Positions 39,616 through 52,044 of a stretch of 64,000 bases of DNA are shown here, in pieces (position 1 is the first letter of the stretch; every line of letters starts with the position of its first letter). Below the pieces are notes generated by a model, which saw only the letters and a program-made list of their open reading frames with translations, was not told the origin of the DNA and made no database searches. Made by a program: the position numbers and the translations under genes. The DNA comes from Camelus ferus (lineage: Eukaryota): the NCBI RefSeq assembly GCF_009834535.1, contig NC_045698.1, forward strand, positions 5,210,001 through 5,274,000, read 5' to 3'.

Positions 39616-42344
39616 AGCTCATTCCTTTTGATGGGAGGCAGGGGTCGTTGAATGCTGCTGACTAGGAAGAGCTGCTCAGCCCTGGGCTTTTGGGAGAGCT
39701 GAGATGCCTCTTGGTGATTTGGGCAGACCTCATGTCTGTTCTCTCTGGTTGAAATTGCCCAGAAGTCAGGGTCTGGTGGCCATGGTTAAAACGTGTGCTT
39801 GTGTCCCCATAGTACAGATACTACAGGAAGATACACAGTAGTGGGGGAAAGAGGGTGGTTGAGGTAACCCAAGAGCACACTCTGGGGAGGTGCTACCTTT
39901 AAAGTACGTTTTGGCCTTTTGTTCTATTTAAAGGAAAGCTTCTGCCAGGCATCCCCTCCCGTGATTAATATTATTAATGGGACATCCAGTTTAGTTTGTA
40001 ATAGGAAATTTTTTTTTGTTTTCCTGCTCACAAAGGTTTCAGTTATGCCTCCAAGCAGTTATTTATCTTTTTTAATCACAGTGTGACTCTGTGGAACATA
40101 TTTTGGTCTCACTATAAAGGGCAATCAAAGTAGACCTTGAGAATCGCAGTGTTCATTGTTTTTCTCCCGTGTTTGAAGGCTGTGGCTGCCTGTGCAGGAT
40201 TTTGCCGTCCATCCCTTCTCTGTGGACGCACCTATGGATGCCATGTTTGAGGTCACGCCTGGATTGGCCGTGCTGTCCCTGTGTTGTTACTGCTCTGCCC
40301 TCTGCAAACCTGCCCCTCGGGTACCATGTACCTTTGATACCCGCATTAGTCCATTACCTTCATAGGGTGTCCTCTTACTCAGTCATAATTGGCAGGGTAT
40401 TTTGTGCTTGTTTTGCTTAATTCTAATTTATCTACTATTATGTCGGTTATAAAGGGGGGTCACAAGTAGGTCATGATGCAAACTGCCAGTGAGGTAACAG
40501 TAAACGTACCCCATGTAGCCAGCAAAGGCGAGCATCCCTTCTCGTAGGCTGTTAGTTGAAGAGGTACACTCATCTCACTTGTGTGCAGTGACGTGGCGTA
40601 TCATCTCGTCTTAAACTGAGCTGCACAGGCTGAGTGTCTGATAGCTTTGGTCATGTTTGTTCACTGAATCTGAGCACTTGTTGGCTCTTACATTTTTAAA
40701 TGAATGGATCTGGATTAAATGTGTCACCTATAAAGTGATGATAAGTGAAGAGAATTATGTATAGTGTTTAAATGAAACTAAATTTCATTGATTCAGATTA
40801 GAGATTATCTGTCCAAATTGATGGGAAATTGAAATTAAAATGCATTCAGATACCTTTTTTTTCCACTTTTGAGTCCACTGAAATCATCGGAATTAGGCAA
40901 ATTATATATTGCTTGGTGCAGAATCTTAGGTGAGCTGATTCAAGGCTAATAAAATTTGAGTTTTAACTAGTTAATAATCAGATGCTTCTAAAATTTTTGA
41001 AAAGCACTGAGACACAGCACTTAAAGTGTGTTCTTCTGTTGCGTATATGTCATTGTATTTAGGAGGGGGGTTAGGAAGACACAGAAACCAGCACTGATTA
41101 AGCCTCCTGGACAGTCCTGGACCACCTGGTCCCCTGCGTTTCTGAAGGAGTGGCACTTCTTTGGGACAATTAGCTTTCCATTCAGCCATCTGGACTCACA
41201 AAGATGAAGAAGACAAAGGCTTCTGTTGGGTATTAGTGAAGATGTGTGGTTCAGTTAATCATCAATTAGTTGACAAAATATCAGATGTAATCATCCAGAC
41301 ATCACTGGTCCAGCAGGTGGTGGGGCAGGGGACGGTTTGGACCAGACAGAAACTAATTCTAACAGAGGTACTTAGTAATCACAGGTGAATGCTGAATTGG
41401 GGTTGAAGTTCTGTGAAACAGAGTGGGGAGAGAAATGTCTGCTCATATTACTTTGCAGAAATGGCCTGCAGAATAAGGCAACGACAGAAGTAAAATGACC
41501 AGCCCCATTTTGGGTGCTGGAGAAATGGGCTGAGTTATGAAAATAGCAGCTCTCTCCTTCCCATACAACTTGGTCCCCTCGCTCCTCGTGGTGAAGAGGA
41601 ACTAGGCCCTGGGAGCTAAGGTTCTCCCGTGTGCTTGAAGCCCGAGATGGCCTGGATGAGAGAGCAAACGTGTGACACACACCCCTCTGCAGAACAGTGA
41701 ACTGTGGCTCTCGGTGGAGAGAGGCTTGTGTGGTCTTTTTCCGCAGAGTTCTGAATATTGGAAGCCCTATGTCTTGTCTCTTTTTTGTTATTCTAACCTG
41801 TTCATCAAGACCGCCTTCTGCCCATCAGTTTCAGATTTGCAGCCTCTAAGCCAAGAAGCATGCGTCTGGGTTTCTGCGTGGTGAATTTAGCTCTCCCTTA
41901 TTCTAGGGAAGATGTGTTCTCAGTGACTTAATTTGTGGGAGGAACTTTTGATCAAGATCTTGAGTATCTTCTAGACCTGCCTCTTCCAGTTGGTTTGCAG
42001 TGAGCTGGTGAGCACTTCCAAGAGGATCAAAGGCTCTCAAACTCCCTCCTCCAATTTTATGTGGCTGTGATACTGGACTTGAACCCTACCTGAGTGTAAG
42101 ATTCTTAGTTCTTCAGCCCAAATATAGGTGGGAAAATAGCATAATGAATGCTACTCAGAAAGGCTTAATAACAACAGATATAAAAGAGAATATGAAAATA
42201 ATGCTCACAGCCAACACACTGTCTATTTCTAGTGACCATTTCCGTAAGAAAGCAAATTGCATTTGATTCCCAATTTTCAATTCCAGTCTTCAACCCAAAG
42301 CTCTCATGTTGAGGTGGCTGGTCTTTGAATTTTCTTTATAACTT

Positions 42345-42683
42345 TCTTTCCTCGTCTGCTCAGGCTTCCAAAACACCACAGACTGGGTGGTACAAACAGC
42401 ACATATTTATTTCTTATGTTTCTGGAGGCTGGGAAGTCCAAGATCAAGGCCCCTGATGATTCAGTCCTGGTGAAGGTTCTCTTCCTGGCAGACACCCTTC
42501 TCACGTGGCAGAGAGAGACTCTTCCTTTCCTGATGAGGACGCTAATCCCATCATGGGGGCCCCACCCTCGTGACCTCATCTAAACCTGATTATCTCTCAA
42601 AGGCTGTCTCCTAACACCATCGCCTCAGGAGGTAGGGCTTCAGTACATGCACCTGGGAAGGACCGGAAATTCAGTCCATAACA
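42345..42683 (-). mobile_element. MaLR solo LTR (MLT1A-like)
   Basis: gtctgctcaggct...acagactgggtgg...ttctggaggctgggaagtccaagatcaagg...gacctcatctaaacc...attcagtccataaca. Confidence 0.9.
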
Positions 42684-45527
42684 ATTTCTGACTCTACCTC
42701 TTCTCATCTGGAGGAATTTTAAATTAGAAGAGGATTCCAACACATGACCTAAGGATCATTGGATGTTATTAGGCAAAGTGCAGTGTTTCTGGTCTGCACT
42801 GAATAACTGAAAAAAAGCTGAAATCCTGTGGCCAGGGCATAGAGCAAATCTAATTCTTTGGAAGTTGCAGGAAATGTGGGGAAGACGGGGTTGCAGCATG
42901 TTTGCGAGCTCAGTTAAGGAACATTCTACCTGATCATTTTCTCTCCCAAGCAAGAGCATTGTTTTATTTAAGCCATATGTGATGCTTATGAGATGCAGTG
43001 AGCTTGCTGAATATTCATTTGCAGCTCTGCTCATCAAGTTCTTCTGATCCCTCTTATTTTCCTTTGACTTATAATTGGTGTGTTTGAATATTTATGATCT
43101 GCTTTGTGTTAAGCTGAGGGCCTGTTTGAAAGGCTGTCCTGTCCCTGCTCTCCAGCCTTGTGCAGCGGGCTCATAGAGAAGGCGTGGCACTGAGGGATGG
43201 GGTCTCAGATGTGTGCTGCCTGCTGACCCCTACGGATGCTGTAGCTTGCAGCTCCTCACGTGAGATGAAGAATGGGAATACTGAACAATTGAAAAACCCT
43301 TTGAAGGAATCACGAAGGACCTGAGTGCTCACCTAACCCACGGGATCATTTCTCAAATGTCTGAAGGCAGTGAAGTGACACCCTTCAGTGTTTCTTTCCC
43401 AGATGACATAACCCTGCTCAGGTCATTCACCCTTGGTCACCTAACCCAGTTAGGAACCTCCTGGCTTCCCATTACTTTCCTCTGAATGCACGTAGACGCC
43501 TCAGCATCACCAGTTAAGTGCTCCGTGGACACGTGGTCTCCAAAATGCAGCCACTTCAAGAACTTTAAATGACGGAGGTACGTTACAGCAGAAAACACAA
43601 ACGCTTTATAAAGGGAAATAATGTCAGTTTCTTACAAAGCTTACGCATGTCTGTTTAGAATTTGTTCAGAAGTACCTTCCCCACACCCTCGTAGGGAATC
43701 AGATTGCCCTGGATGAACCTGACCTGACTCACGTGACCTGGGGCACTGTGGGACGGAGCAAGGACTGTCCAGCGAGCCTGGCATGGGCCTGCCCTCAAGT
43801 GTCTTAATTTTTTAGACCTTTGTTTCTCTGCCTCTAAGGTGAAATAATAAAAACGTCCATCCTCCTAGTTGTTTCACTGTCTGGACTCTTGCGAGGATGA
43901 GAAAATACAAGGGATGTTTGGGGGGCGCGTCGGTGAGGGCTCTGAAGGAAGCGACGTCACAGTGTGCTGGTGACGCCGGCCTTCCCAGCAGTGCAGAGCC
44001 CGTGAATGCTGCGTCAGACAAGAATGACCCCTCACTTCCGTCCAATGAAGACGGGGATGTGGGGGGAGTGGCGGGGACCACCTGGCCTCCGTGATGACTT
44101 CTTGGCAAGGTCCGGTTTGCACAGATTCTGGATCCTGGGTGATGCTCGATTTCAAAGCCTGATTTGGATCTTCAGGGTGAACCCTGACTGCTGTCACTAC
44201 CTTCAACAATTTATTTTCTCCCAAGACACCTCTTGGGAGGCCAGGTTTCTTCTGTTTTCTGACCGATGTGGGAGGAGCTAAATGAAGCAAAAAGAGAAAA
44301 GAAGATATCAAGACAGAGTGATGTTATCAAATAAACCCAGCATTGTGAAAACAGGATTTTTATGGTGTGCTCTGCTTAAGTCTTCTAGACAATAAAGTGC
44401 TGTGATGCTATTTTTGGAAAGGAAACCTTAACCACATCATTTTCTTGTGCCCTGGTTTTCATACAAAGGCGTTGTATGAATGTGCCCTTTTGAAAGGAAA
44501 ATGCTTTAGGACATCAGTCACATTTGTAAATGTGTGTAGTTATTAAAATATCAGGACTAATTCTGTTAACCTTATTGTATAGTATTGCAGGAGGAACCCG
44601 GGTATCAGAAAAATGCTTGTAATGGGTTTATTTTTTCCATCAGAAGAGAAATGTCATATTTCACTTGGCCCTAAAACTTGTCATTGTTTCTTTCTTAAGC
44701 ATTTCCTTTGCATATACTCATAAAAATCCATTATTGCATTCTTTCCAATTATCTGTCGCCTAGAAGGGTTTGAATTACGTGTTGTTCAAAGCAATGCAGC
44801 ATCTGTTGACCAAATGGATGAATGAATGATCAAAAGAAGGCTTTTCCTTATGCTCCGTGACAATATAAAGCTGCCAGGGCACTGTGTCGGGCAGGCGGCG
44901 TTGTCAGAGAGCGGCTGCATCTGGACGTCCCGCTGGGGGGGGCCGGGGCGGGGGTGGTGGGGCGTCGTTCAGTTCCGTTGCTTACATGTGGTTCTTGTTT
45001 TGGAGGAATTGACTTCCTGAAATACTCGCATGTTTTGTTTGAAGGCATTTTTAAGGAGAAAAAGAAGAAGCTCTCATAGAGAACGACTGTCATTTTTATC
45101 ATTATTTCAGCTGCACTTAATAAGCAACAAGATAGTCCTTTCTAACTCTGGGCAGTCTGCTTTGCGTTGGTGCCTCTCACTCCTGCGCTCTTCGGCTCGC
45201 TGTTCTTCCGAGCACACCCAGCAACGACAGAGGTTGAGGAACCTTTCACAAAGTCATGGTCATTTTGCAGAAACAGAGGACTGCAGGGTTTCACTAACAG
45301 TGCCCCCCGGGCACATCTCTGACATGAACTTCCGTCAGCGAGGGGAGGGCCTGTCCTCAGACAAGAAGCCAGGAGGTCCACCAGCTCTCCCACGTGCTCC
45401 CCCAGTGGACTTCCACCAGAGGCGATGTGTGAGAGGATGGCTGCGGGAAGGAATGGAGCCTGTGCAGCCAGAAATGTGTGCAAGCAACACTGAAGGCGGG
45501 CCCATCGCTCCCAAGCTCGGTGCTGGT

Positions 45528-45846
45528 GCACACAGACCACATGCACACGTCAGAGCCGCAGATGCACGTACCACACAAACCACATGCATGCCCCCTGTGT
45601 AAATTACAGCCTGCACACATGTCACACACGTCGTACAGATAACACATCCCATGTGCACGTACGTACCACATCCAGACATCACACACAAATCACTCAAGAC
45701 ACATATGGCTCTCACGTGTCTACACACAACAAATCACACATGCCATACACATCACACAAATCTTGCATGCATACTGTGTACACACGTATCATGCATCCAT
45801 CATGCACAACTCTTACCCATCACGCACATGCACGGTTACACCCACC
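45528..45846. repeat. Degenerate CA/CAT-rich low-complexity tract
   Basis: cacacagaccacatgcacacg...cacacatgtcacacacg...cacacatgccatacacatcacac. Confidence 0.8.
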
Positions 45847-46859
45847 ACTGATACTTTAATCAGCAGCAGTCCTGGAGGGGAGAGAAAATTTGGATGAATA
45901 AGAGACCATTTCCGGGGTTGCTGTGAGAATGTGGGTGAGTCCAGGAAACTCCACCTCCCACACCCACGGAACCAGCGGGGTAGGTGGGGCCGTGTGGAAG
46001 GCCACGCTGTTCTAGTCTCAACAGCTGTCTTCCACTTGTGCCGGGAGGCTGTGCTTGTTCACAGAACAAAGCTCATCCCACTGATCGGCCCATTTCTAAC
46101 TCTGCCCTACTCTGCCCCTCCATCCCCAAAATGGGTTCCCTGGGCTTTGGGTGGCTAAGAACCAACACCCTTGTTTTCTACCAGTGTGCAGACCTATCGA
46201 GTGACAGAGTGTCAGAAGAATAAAATACTGCCTTTATCACTGTTACGAGTGTTTGGAGAAATGGCTTAGGTCTGGACCAGCTGGACTTACTGTTGTCCTG
46301 AATGAAGCCATCTCCCCTGGCCCCAGCCCAGGGGCACATGGGTCCTGGGCTCTCCGGTTGGCAGGGATGAGCACTGTGTTCAGGGTCTCAGGACCGCTGA
46401 GAGGGCAGAGGAGGGGTAAGCTGTCCAGGGTAACCTTCTCCCCACCTCTCTGATCAGACAAATTTGACCTGCTTTCTTTGGGAGGAGGGACTACACTGTG
46501 CAGAGGGCGTGCAGCCCGATTCTCTGTGGAGTCCCATCATGGGGACCTTGGCGGCTTAGGAGTAAAACATCCCGGCAGTGGCTGAGTCCTAGCCACCCAT
46601 GCTGTCCGCGATAAGCTGATGTGTGTCAGTGGGAGACTCTTAGCAAGGAGCACAAGACGTTGGGAAACGGATGCCCTGCCTTTGTTGCTGAAGGCATTCG
46701 TGCCTGTTTGGTGAGAAGTCAGGTCATGTGGAGAGGGGCCAGGGCAGCGGGACATCTGGCCCAGGCGTGGCCATGCGGGCACTGCCGGACCTGCGCAGGC
46801 CCAGCCCTGCACACACAATCGTCAGTTGTATGTATCTTCCCCACTTGCTCTGGGTTAAT

Positions 46860-47490
46860 AGTGTGCCTTGAAAAAGAACACTGTCATACACTGCTGGTGA
46901 GACTGTCAGTGGAACATTTCCTCAGAATGCAATATATATATCAAAATTGTGCAATAGATATCAAGAAATTTAAAATATTCACGGCTTTCAACTCAGTGTA
47001 TTTTACTAATTGAGCCCAAGGAAATGATCAACTATGAAGCCAAAACTTTAGATGCAAGATTGACCACTCTAACTTTAGGCAAATGCAAAGCATACTGATA
47101 AAGTCAGTGCTGGGTAGTATGGACATAAATAAATTATGATGTAGTCACAGGACAGAACATTATCTAAGCACTCAAAGTCCTGTTTCTACAGAATTTTTTG
47201 ATCTGGAAAAAATCGGATTAGATGTTAAATTTAAAAAGTAAAGCAAAACACTGCATTCAGGATGAACTCAGTTTCTTTGGAACAAGATACTGGTCTTGAT
47301 GATACAAAATATGGCACCAAGTTTGAGAATATGGGAGGATGTGGAGTGGGTAGGTAAGGCCATATGGATAACAGTGGTCTTCTAGAGCAAGGAAATTCTA
47401 GGTTCTTTTTAGTTTTTCTTTATGTGTTTTTCTCCCCCCCCCCAATTTTTGTGAACATGAATTGTTTTTATCATCAACAGAATAACCAGT
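46860..47490 (+). mobile_element. L1ME-like 3' fragment
   Basis: gaacactgtcatacactgctggtgaga...tttcaactcag...cccaaggaaatgatc...aaataaattatg. Confidence 0.65.
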
Positions 47491-47591
47491 TATATGGTTT
47501 GAAAGGCTACCATATTCCTGTATAAACAGTAGATATTGGGGAATATCACTTTTCCAGGCTCAGTGAATACAGTTTCAGTGTGAGGGCAGCC

Positions 47592-47950
47592 TGTCTCAGT
47601 TACCTAGGATCATTGTAATGCTGTGTAACAACCATGAAATCCCAGTGGAACACAATAGTAGACTAGGGGTTGGCTGGGTATCTCTGTTCCATGTCTCTCA
47701 TCTTCCTGGGACCAGTAGGCTGGCCGGAGCATGTTCTTTTCCTGGTGAGACACAACAGAGTCACCCAAAATGCCAGACCACCTAAGCCAGGCTAGATCTG
47801 GCACTGGGTTACTCCCACCCCCATTGCATTAGCTGTAGCAAAGCAAATGGCGGAGCCCAAAGAAAGGGAGGGACTGCAGAGTCACCTGTCGGAGGGCATG
47901 GATCCGAGAAGGGGATGGAATCCATAAGGGTGACAGCTGTTTCTGTTACA
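47592..47950 (-). mobile_element. MaLR solo LTR (MLT1H/I-like)
   Basis: tgtctcagttaccta...taatgctgtgtaacaacca...aaatcccagtgg...cctgggaccagtaggctggcc...gcaaagcaaatg. Confidence 0.7.
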
Positions 47951-48070
47951 TAGATGCAAATGTTAGTTTTGAAAAAGAAATAAAATTAACCTCCTGCAGA
48001 GTCACCTCTTTGCAGACTGTTGCTCATTTGCGTTGTCTTTGTTGGGTTCATGAGGGAGGAACGCTCAGCC

Positions 48071-48098
48071 TGCTGAGTGGCTCTTTGTGTCTCATCAG
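48071..48098 (+). promoter_or_regulatory. 3' splice acceptor of the ADCY2 exon (possible branch point, pyrimidine tract, CAG)
   Basis: tgctgag (possible branch point), then ctctttgtgtctcatcag directly before the ATC codon. Confidence 0.85.
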
Positions 48099-48248
48099 AT
48101 CCTGGCCAATGTGATCATTTTCATCTGTGGAAACCTGGCGGGGGCATACCACAAGCACCTCATGGAGCTTGCTCTGCAGCAGACATATCAGGACACGTGC
48201 AACTGCATCAAGTCCCGGATCAAGTTGGAATTTGAAAAACGTCAGCAG
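48099..48248 (+). CDS. ADCY2: Adenylate cyclase type 2, single internal coding exon (probably exon 4); last TM helix of the M1 bundle plus the helical linker into C1a
   Basis: Translates to ILANVIIFICGNLAGAYHKHLMELALQQTYQDTCNCIKSRIKLEFEKRQQ, which matches mammalian ADCY2 as I recall it and differs from the ADCY4/ADCY7 paralogs. Flanked by ...ctctttgtgtctcatcag and gtaaag. 150 nt, phase 0/0. Confidence 0.96.
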
Positions 48249-48254
48249 GTAAAG
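48246..48254 (+). promoter_or_regulatory. 5' splice donor of the ADCY2 exon
   Basis: CAG|gtaaag; similarity to ADCY2 protein ends exactly at RQQ. Confidence 0.9.
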
Positions 48255-48527
48255 TGCATTTTCAATCTTCCATCTGTGTTCCTGGAGGTGTTACTGACAT
48301 GATGTTGCTGCCGCCCATGTCGAGTGTGCAGCTCATTCACTTGCAGCATCGGGAGGAAACCAGAGTAGCTCTCTGATTGCCCTGCACACCCAGCTTCCGG
48401 GGTGCTTGGTGGCACTGTAAACCAACCAGCAGAGATGGCATCTTCAGACTCAACCCCGGTGACCCCAGGATCGCCCACAAGCTGACAGCCACATCAACCA
48501 CCCTCAACACGTGGCAGGGGAAGTTCA

Positions 48528-48537
48528 AATAATAATA

Positions 48538-48572
<35 letters not shown>
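48528..48572. repeat. (AAT)n(GAT)n microsatellite
   Basis: aataataataatgatgatgatgatgatgatgatgatgatgatgat. Confidence 0.95.
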
Positions 48573-49336
48573 AGTAACACTTCATTAAGGCACTCACTTT
48601 TGGTTAAAGCACATTTCTCTGTGATAGTATTTGTGGCAAGACTTTGCCCACCTACAGAGTGCCTGTTTTCCACATGGGATGGGGTGGGATGAGATAATGA
48701 AATGGGATGGATGATTGAAGTCGTCCTTGAGGGAGGTGATTGGAGTCGGGAGGGGAAGTCTGACGGGGAACTAGTCATGGTGTCAGGGGCTGTCCTACAG
48801 TGATTGCTGTGGGTGATGCGAGAAACAGACATCAGAGGAATGAACAGGTTATGACGAAACACTGCAGAGATAGGAACTGGAGGTAAGTGGCAGGCGTGGG
48901 AGCAAAGCCATGTGGTGTCATCCAGGATGGTGGCGAGCAGGTGGAGCAGGTGTGCTTTGGAGGGAAGACCAGGAAGGAGTCCTGTATGTGACATGCTTAA
49001 TTTCAGGTCATGGCGAAATACCCATGTGAATAAACTTGTTTTTCTTGGGTTTGTATGTCCATCACTAGGAACCCAGTCTCCATCTGTAAAGGTGGTGGTT
49101 AGCACGACTCTCTGTGAACACCACACTCGCCTCTCTGAGCTCATTCATCAAAATTTGGCACATAGAAGATCTTCATTACTATTTGTTGTATTGAGTTAGT
49201 CTGTTGTGTATAATTTCATCAAAATGTATTATGGTGGTGGGAGCCAAAGAAATCCTTTGAATTTTGACACTAGACTTTGATTTGTGTATGGACTTATACA
49301 TAATAATTGAATTCTTTTTTGAAAACAGGGAGTTCC

Positions 49337-49405
49337 ATTTATTCATTCAACAAATGTTCATGGAGCACTGAGTTCATGGCAGGCATGAGCCTAGGCCCTG
49401 GGGTG
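49337..49405 (-). mobile_element. L2 3' end
   Basis: atttattcattcaacaaatgttcatggagcactgag...caggcatgagcctaggccctggg. Confidence 0.75.
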
Positions 49406-52044
49406 TGCCTGTAAATATTACTTTCTCACTTGTATTAGCAGATTTCGTGGTTTGTTTTTTAAAAAGCATTTTGTGTTACAACATGTATAGCAAAAATATT
49501 CCATACTTAATGTTTGATTCCTTAGTCTCTACGTATATCAGACTCTGTATTCAACGTTGAGATATAGACAGCTGTTGACATGAGCCCGTTAGCCAGCATA
49601 TCTTCGTATATCTGTGTTCAGTAATAGTTCAAATCCAGGTTCTAGAAAATTCCATAGTTTCAACAGACAGCACTTAGCGTTCGTGATTGTCCCCTATACA
49701 CAGTCCAAATGTTTGGGCTAGATGGTTTCCTTTTTCAAACAGCGGTGACTAGATCAGGTTGGTCCTGCCGGTCTTGTTTACCTTTCTTTTCCATCACCTG
49801 CAGAACTGCCTTCAGAATAGCACCAAGGTTAGGGAGACCTGGAATTCCAAGCGGACGGATTATGTAACCTAATATTTATAGCACCGGCTTTGACAGAACA
49901 GTAAGTCAGGCTGCTGACCTCCTCTGCACTGCCGACTCCCTGAAGCGACCTTGAGCAACCAGAACTGGGTGTCATCCCTTGTCACAGTGATTTGTGGGGT
50001 CCAAGTGGTCAGAAAGGCCACATTTTGACCTTACACGGCTCCATAACCAGACCAGTGAGGCACACCTCGTGTTGGAGGCTCTGTGAGGCCGTCACGGGAG
50101 GTGTTACAAGGGCATGTATTTACTAGCTTTAGGGAAAGGAGCTAATGATCCCTTAAAATAAGGAAAGAGAAAAGGAACACTTTGAAGCAAAATAAGACCT
50201 TATACTCAAGATATTTAATAAAACATAATTTGACAGCACGCACGTATTTGGAGACCAAAGCTGGGAGTCAGCTCTTAGGATCTGGAGCCCAGATTGGAGC
50301 ACTTTTCTTGTTAGGGCTTTGGAAAATATGTTTCTAGAATTAGAATAAATGTTTGTAGTTTTTTCAGACCAGCATGTAATTAAATGGGAGTGAAAAATTT
50401 AATGAAATCAGTAAGATGTGATGGGACAGACTTAAGGGAACAAGTAAGACTTGGCCAGTGGCCGCCCGCGTGTCCCTCCTGCCGAAGGGTGGTCTCTGAG
50501 ACAGCAGGGTCGGCTGCGGCCACAGCCCGGACCAAGGGCTGCACGAGTCACTGCCGGTCCACCCTTTCCCGCAAACCATTTTTGCTCCTTCCTCAGTCAC
50601 TACGGCAAACAGCAGTGTCCTGCAGAGTGTCTCCTTCAGGTGGAGGGCTGTGTGCTGAGCAGCTACTAAACAATTAACGATTAGTTTCAGCCGCCACTTG
50701 GTTAAAACCTATACCACCCATTTTACTGTTACGTCTGCAGGGGCCTCGGAGGGAGCGGACGCTCCCGGAGGCTCAGTGGCCGCCGTCCTGAGTGGTGCCA
50801 GGGCCTCGTCTCTCAGCCTCACCCGCTGCTGCCCTCAGTCCTTGGGGAGGAAGGCATGTGTCTGTCCCACGTGAGCCCAGGGAGCTGCCCCTTCAGCGAG
50901 CCCGCTGGGGCTGCAAACAGTTGATATTCCTGAGCAGTGCCTAGAGATTCTGAAATCGTTTCAAAATTTGCTCAACTCTGGACTCTCTTTCCTTTAGCTT
51001 AGATGGTATTTTTCCTAGATGCAAATGAGATGAATTTCTAGAGATTAACAACCATGTTTGAATAAAGTGGCTATTTGCGCTGTAAGATTTTGGGAGAAAA
51101 AGGAATGAAAAATGTTAGCAGAAATTTTTCTCAGAGTTGTATTCTTGCCCTAAAAGTGCCCTCGTGTATAAACAACATATAGATGTATTTTTACTAGGTG
51201 GGAAAACAACTACATCCCATGAGCGGGGGGGGGCCGCCTTTGGGGTCTGAAAGTGGTGAGCTTTGACTTTTGTCGTTAAGCTTCCCGCCCCGCAGTAAAA
51301 GCCGTTTCTTGTGCTCGGTGTCCGTGAGCAGAAGACCCTTCATCAGACCTGAGGAGGCCGCAGGTGCCTCTCCCTGGGGTGGGCAGGAGCCTCTCAGGGA
51401 CTGACAGCAGCCAGATTCAGAGCAAAACAAGGACCCTCCCGCTTCACTGAAGTCAGCGTTGCCTCTGTAGGACTGAAAACTGGGTTTTTCTTTTCTATAG
51501 AGAGATAATAAACACTCTTCAATTTATATTTGTCTTTGTTTTGAAGTAATGTAATTCAAAGAATCTTTATACAGTCTGCCTTCCTCTGGAACCATCCTGA
51601 AGACTGCCCGTGACACAGTGTGCTTTCCAGTGGAGAACGCTAGTCAAGCGAGCCGTGGCCCCCGTGTTATGCCTTGGTCTGTATCCCACTGGGCTGGGGG
51701 TGGGGGCTAGCGAACCAGGAGGCTTCCTGGCTCTCCCTGGGGGCAAAATTGTGTTTCCTCTCTGCAGACTTCGTTGGAACAAGTGGACCTTTTGTACCCA
51801 TGGTTGGGCAGGTAATAAATGTTCCCGTCTCTGTCCTGATATGATAGTGGGTGCTCTTTGGGCACGCCCGGCTGCGTTGCACGCACCATTCAGGATGCTC
51901 GGGGAAGCGCTGCTGAAGCTGTTTTGGGTTTGGGCTGCTAAAGTTTGGTCCCCTTCCATGAGGGGAAAGGAGAAAGGGAAGAATGGGTGTTTCTTTGAGT
52001 CCTGATAAGGTGCCGGTGGTCTGTTTAGTTCTTTTTGCTCACAC

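Larger units (their letters stand above)
1..48098 (+). other. ADCY2: ADCY2 intron upstream of the exon (partial)
   Basis: No upstream ADCY2 exon recognised; repeat-rich; ADCY2 is known to have very large 5' introns. Confidence 0.8.

Noticed and set aside
45030..45859. Cluster of overlapping His/Thr/Cys/Val-rich ORFs
   Set aside because: Produced by the stop-poor CA-rich low-complexity tract
46600..46620. Possible REST/RE1 site on the minus strand
   Set aside because: Only the GGACAG half matches; the left half and spacing deviate from the RE1 consensus
48087..48302. ORF track 71-aa ORF as a standalone gene
   Set aside because: Only 48099-48248 is exon; the flanking codons are intronic
48337..49144. 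Minus-strand ORFs with poly-His (86 aa) and poly-Ser (216 aa)
   Set aside because: The homopolymers are translations of the (GAT)n microsatellite; the rest overlaps L2/MIR-like sequence
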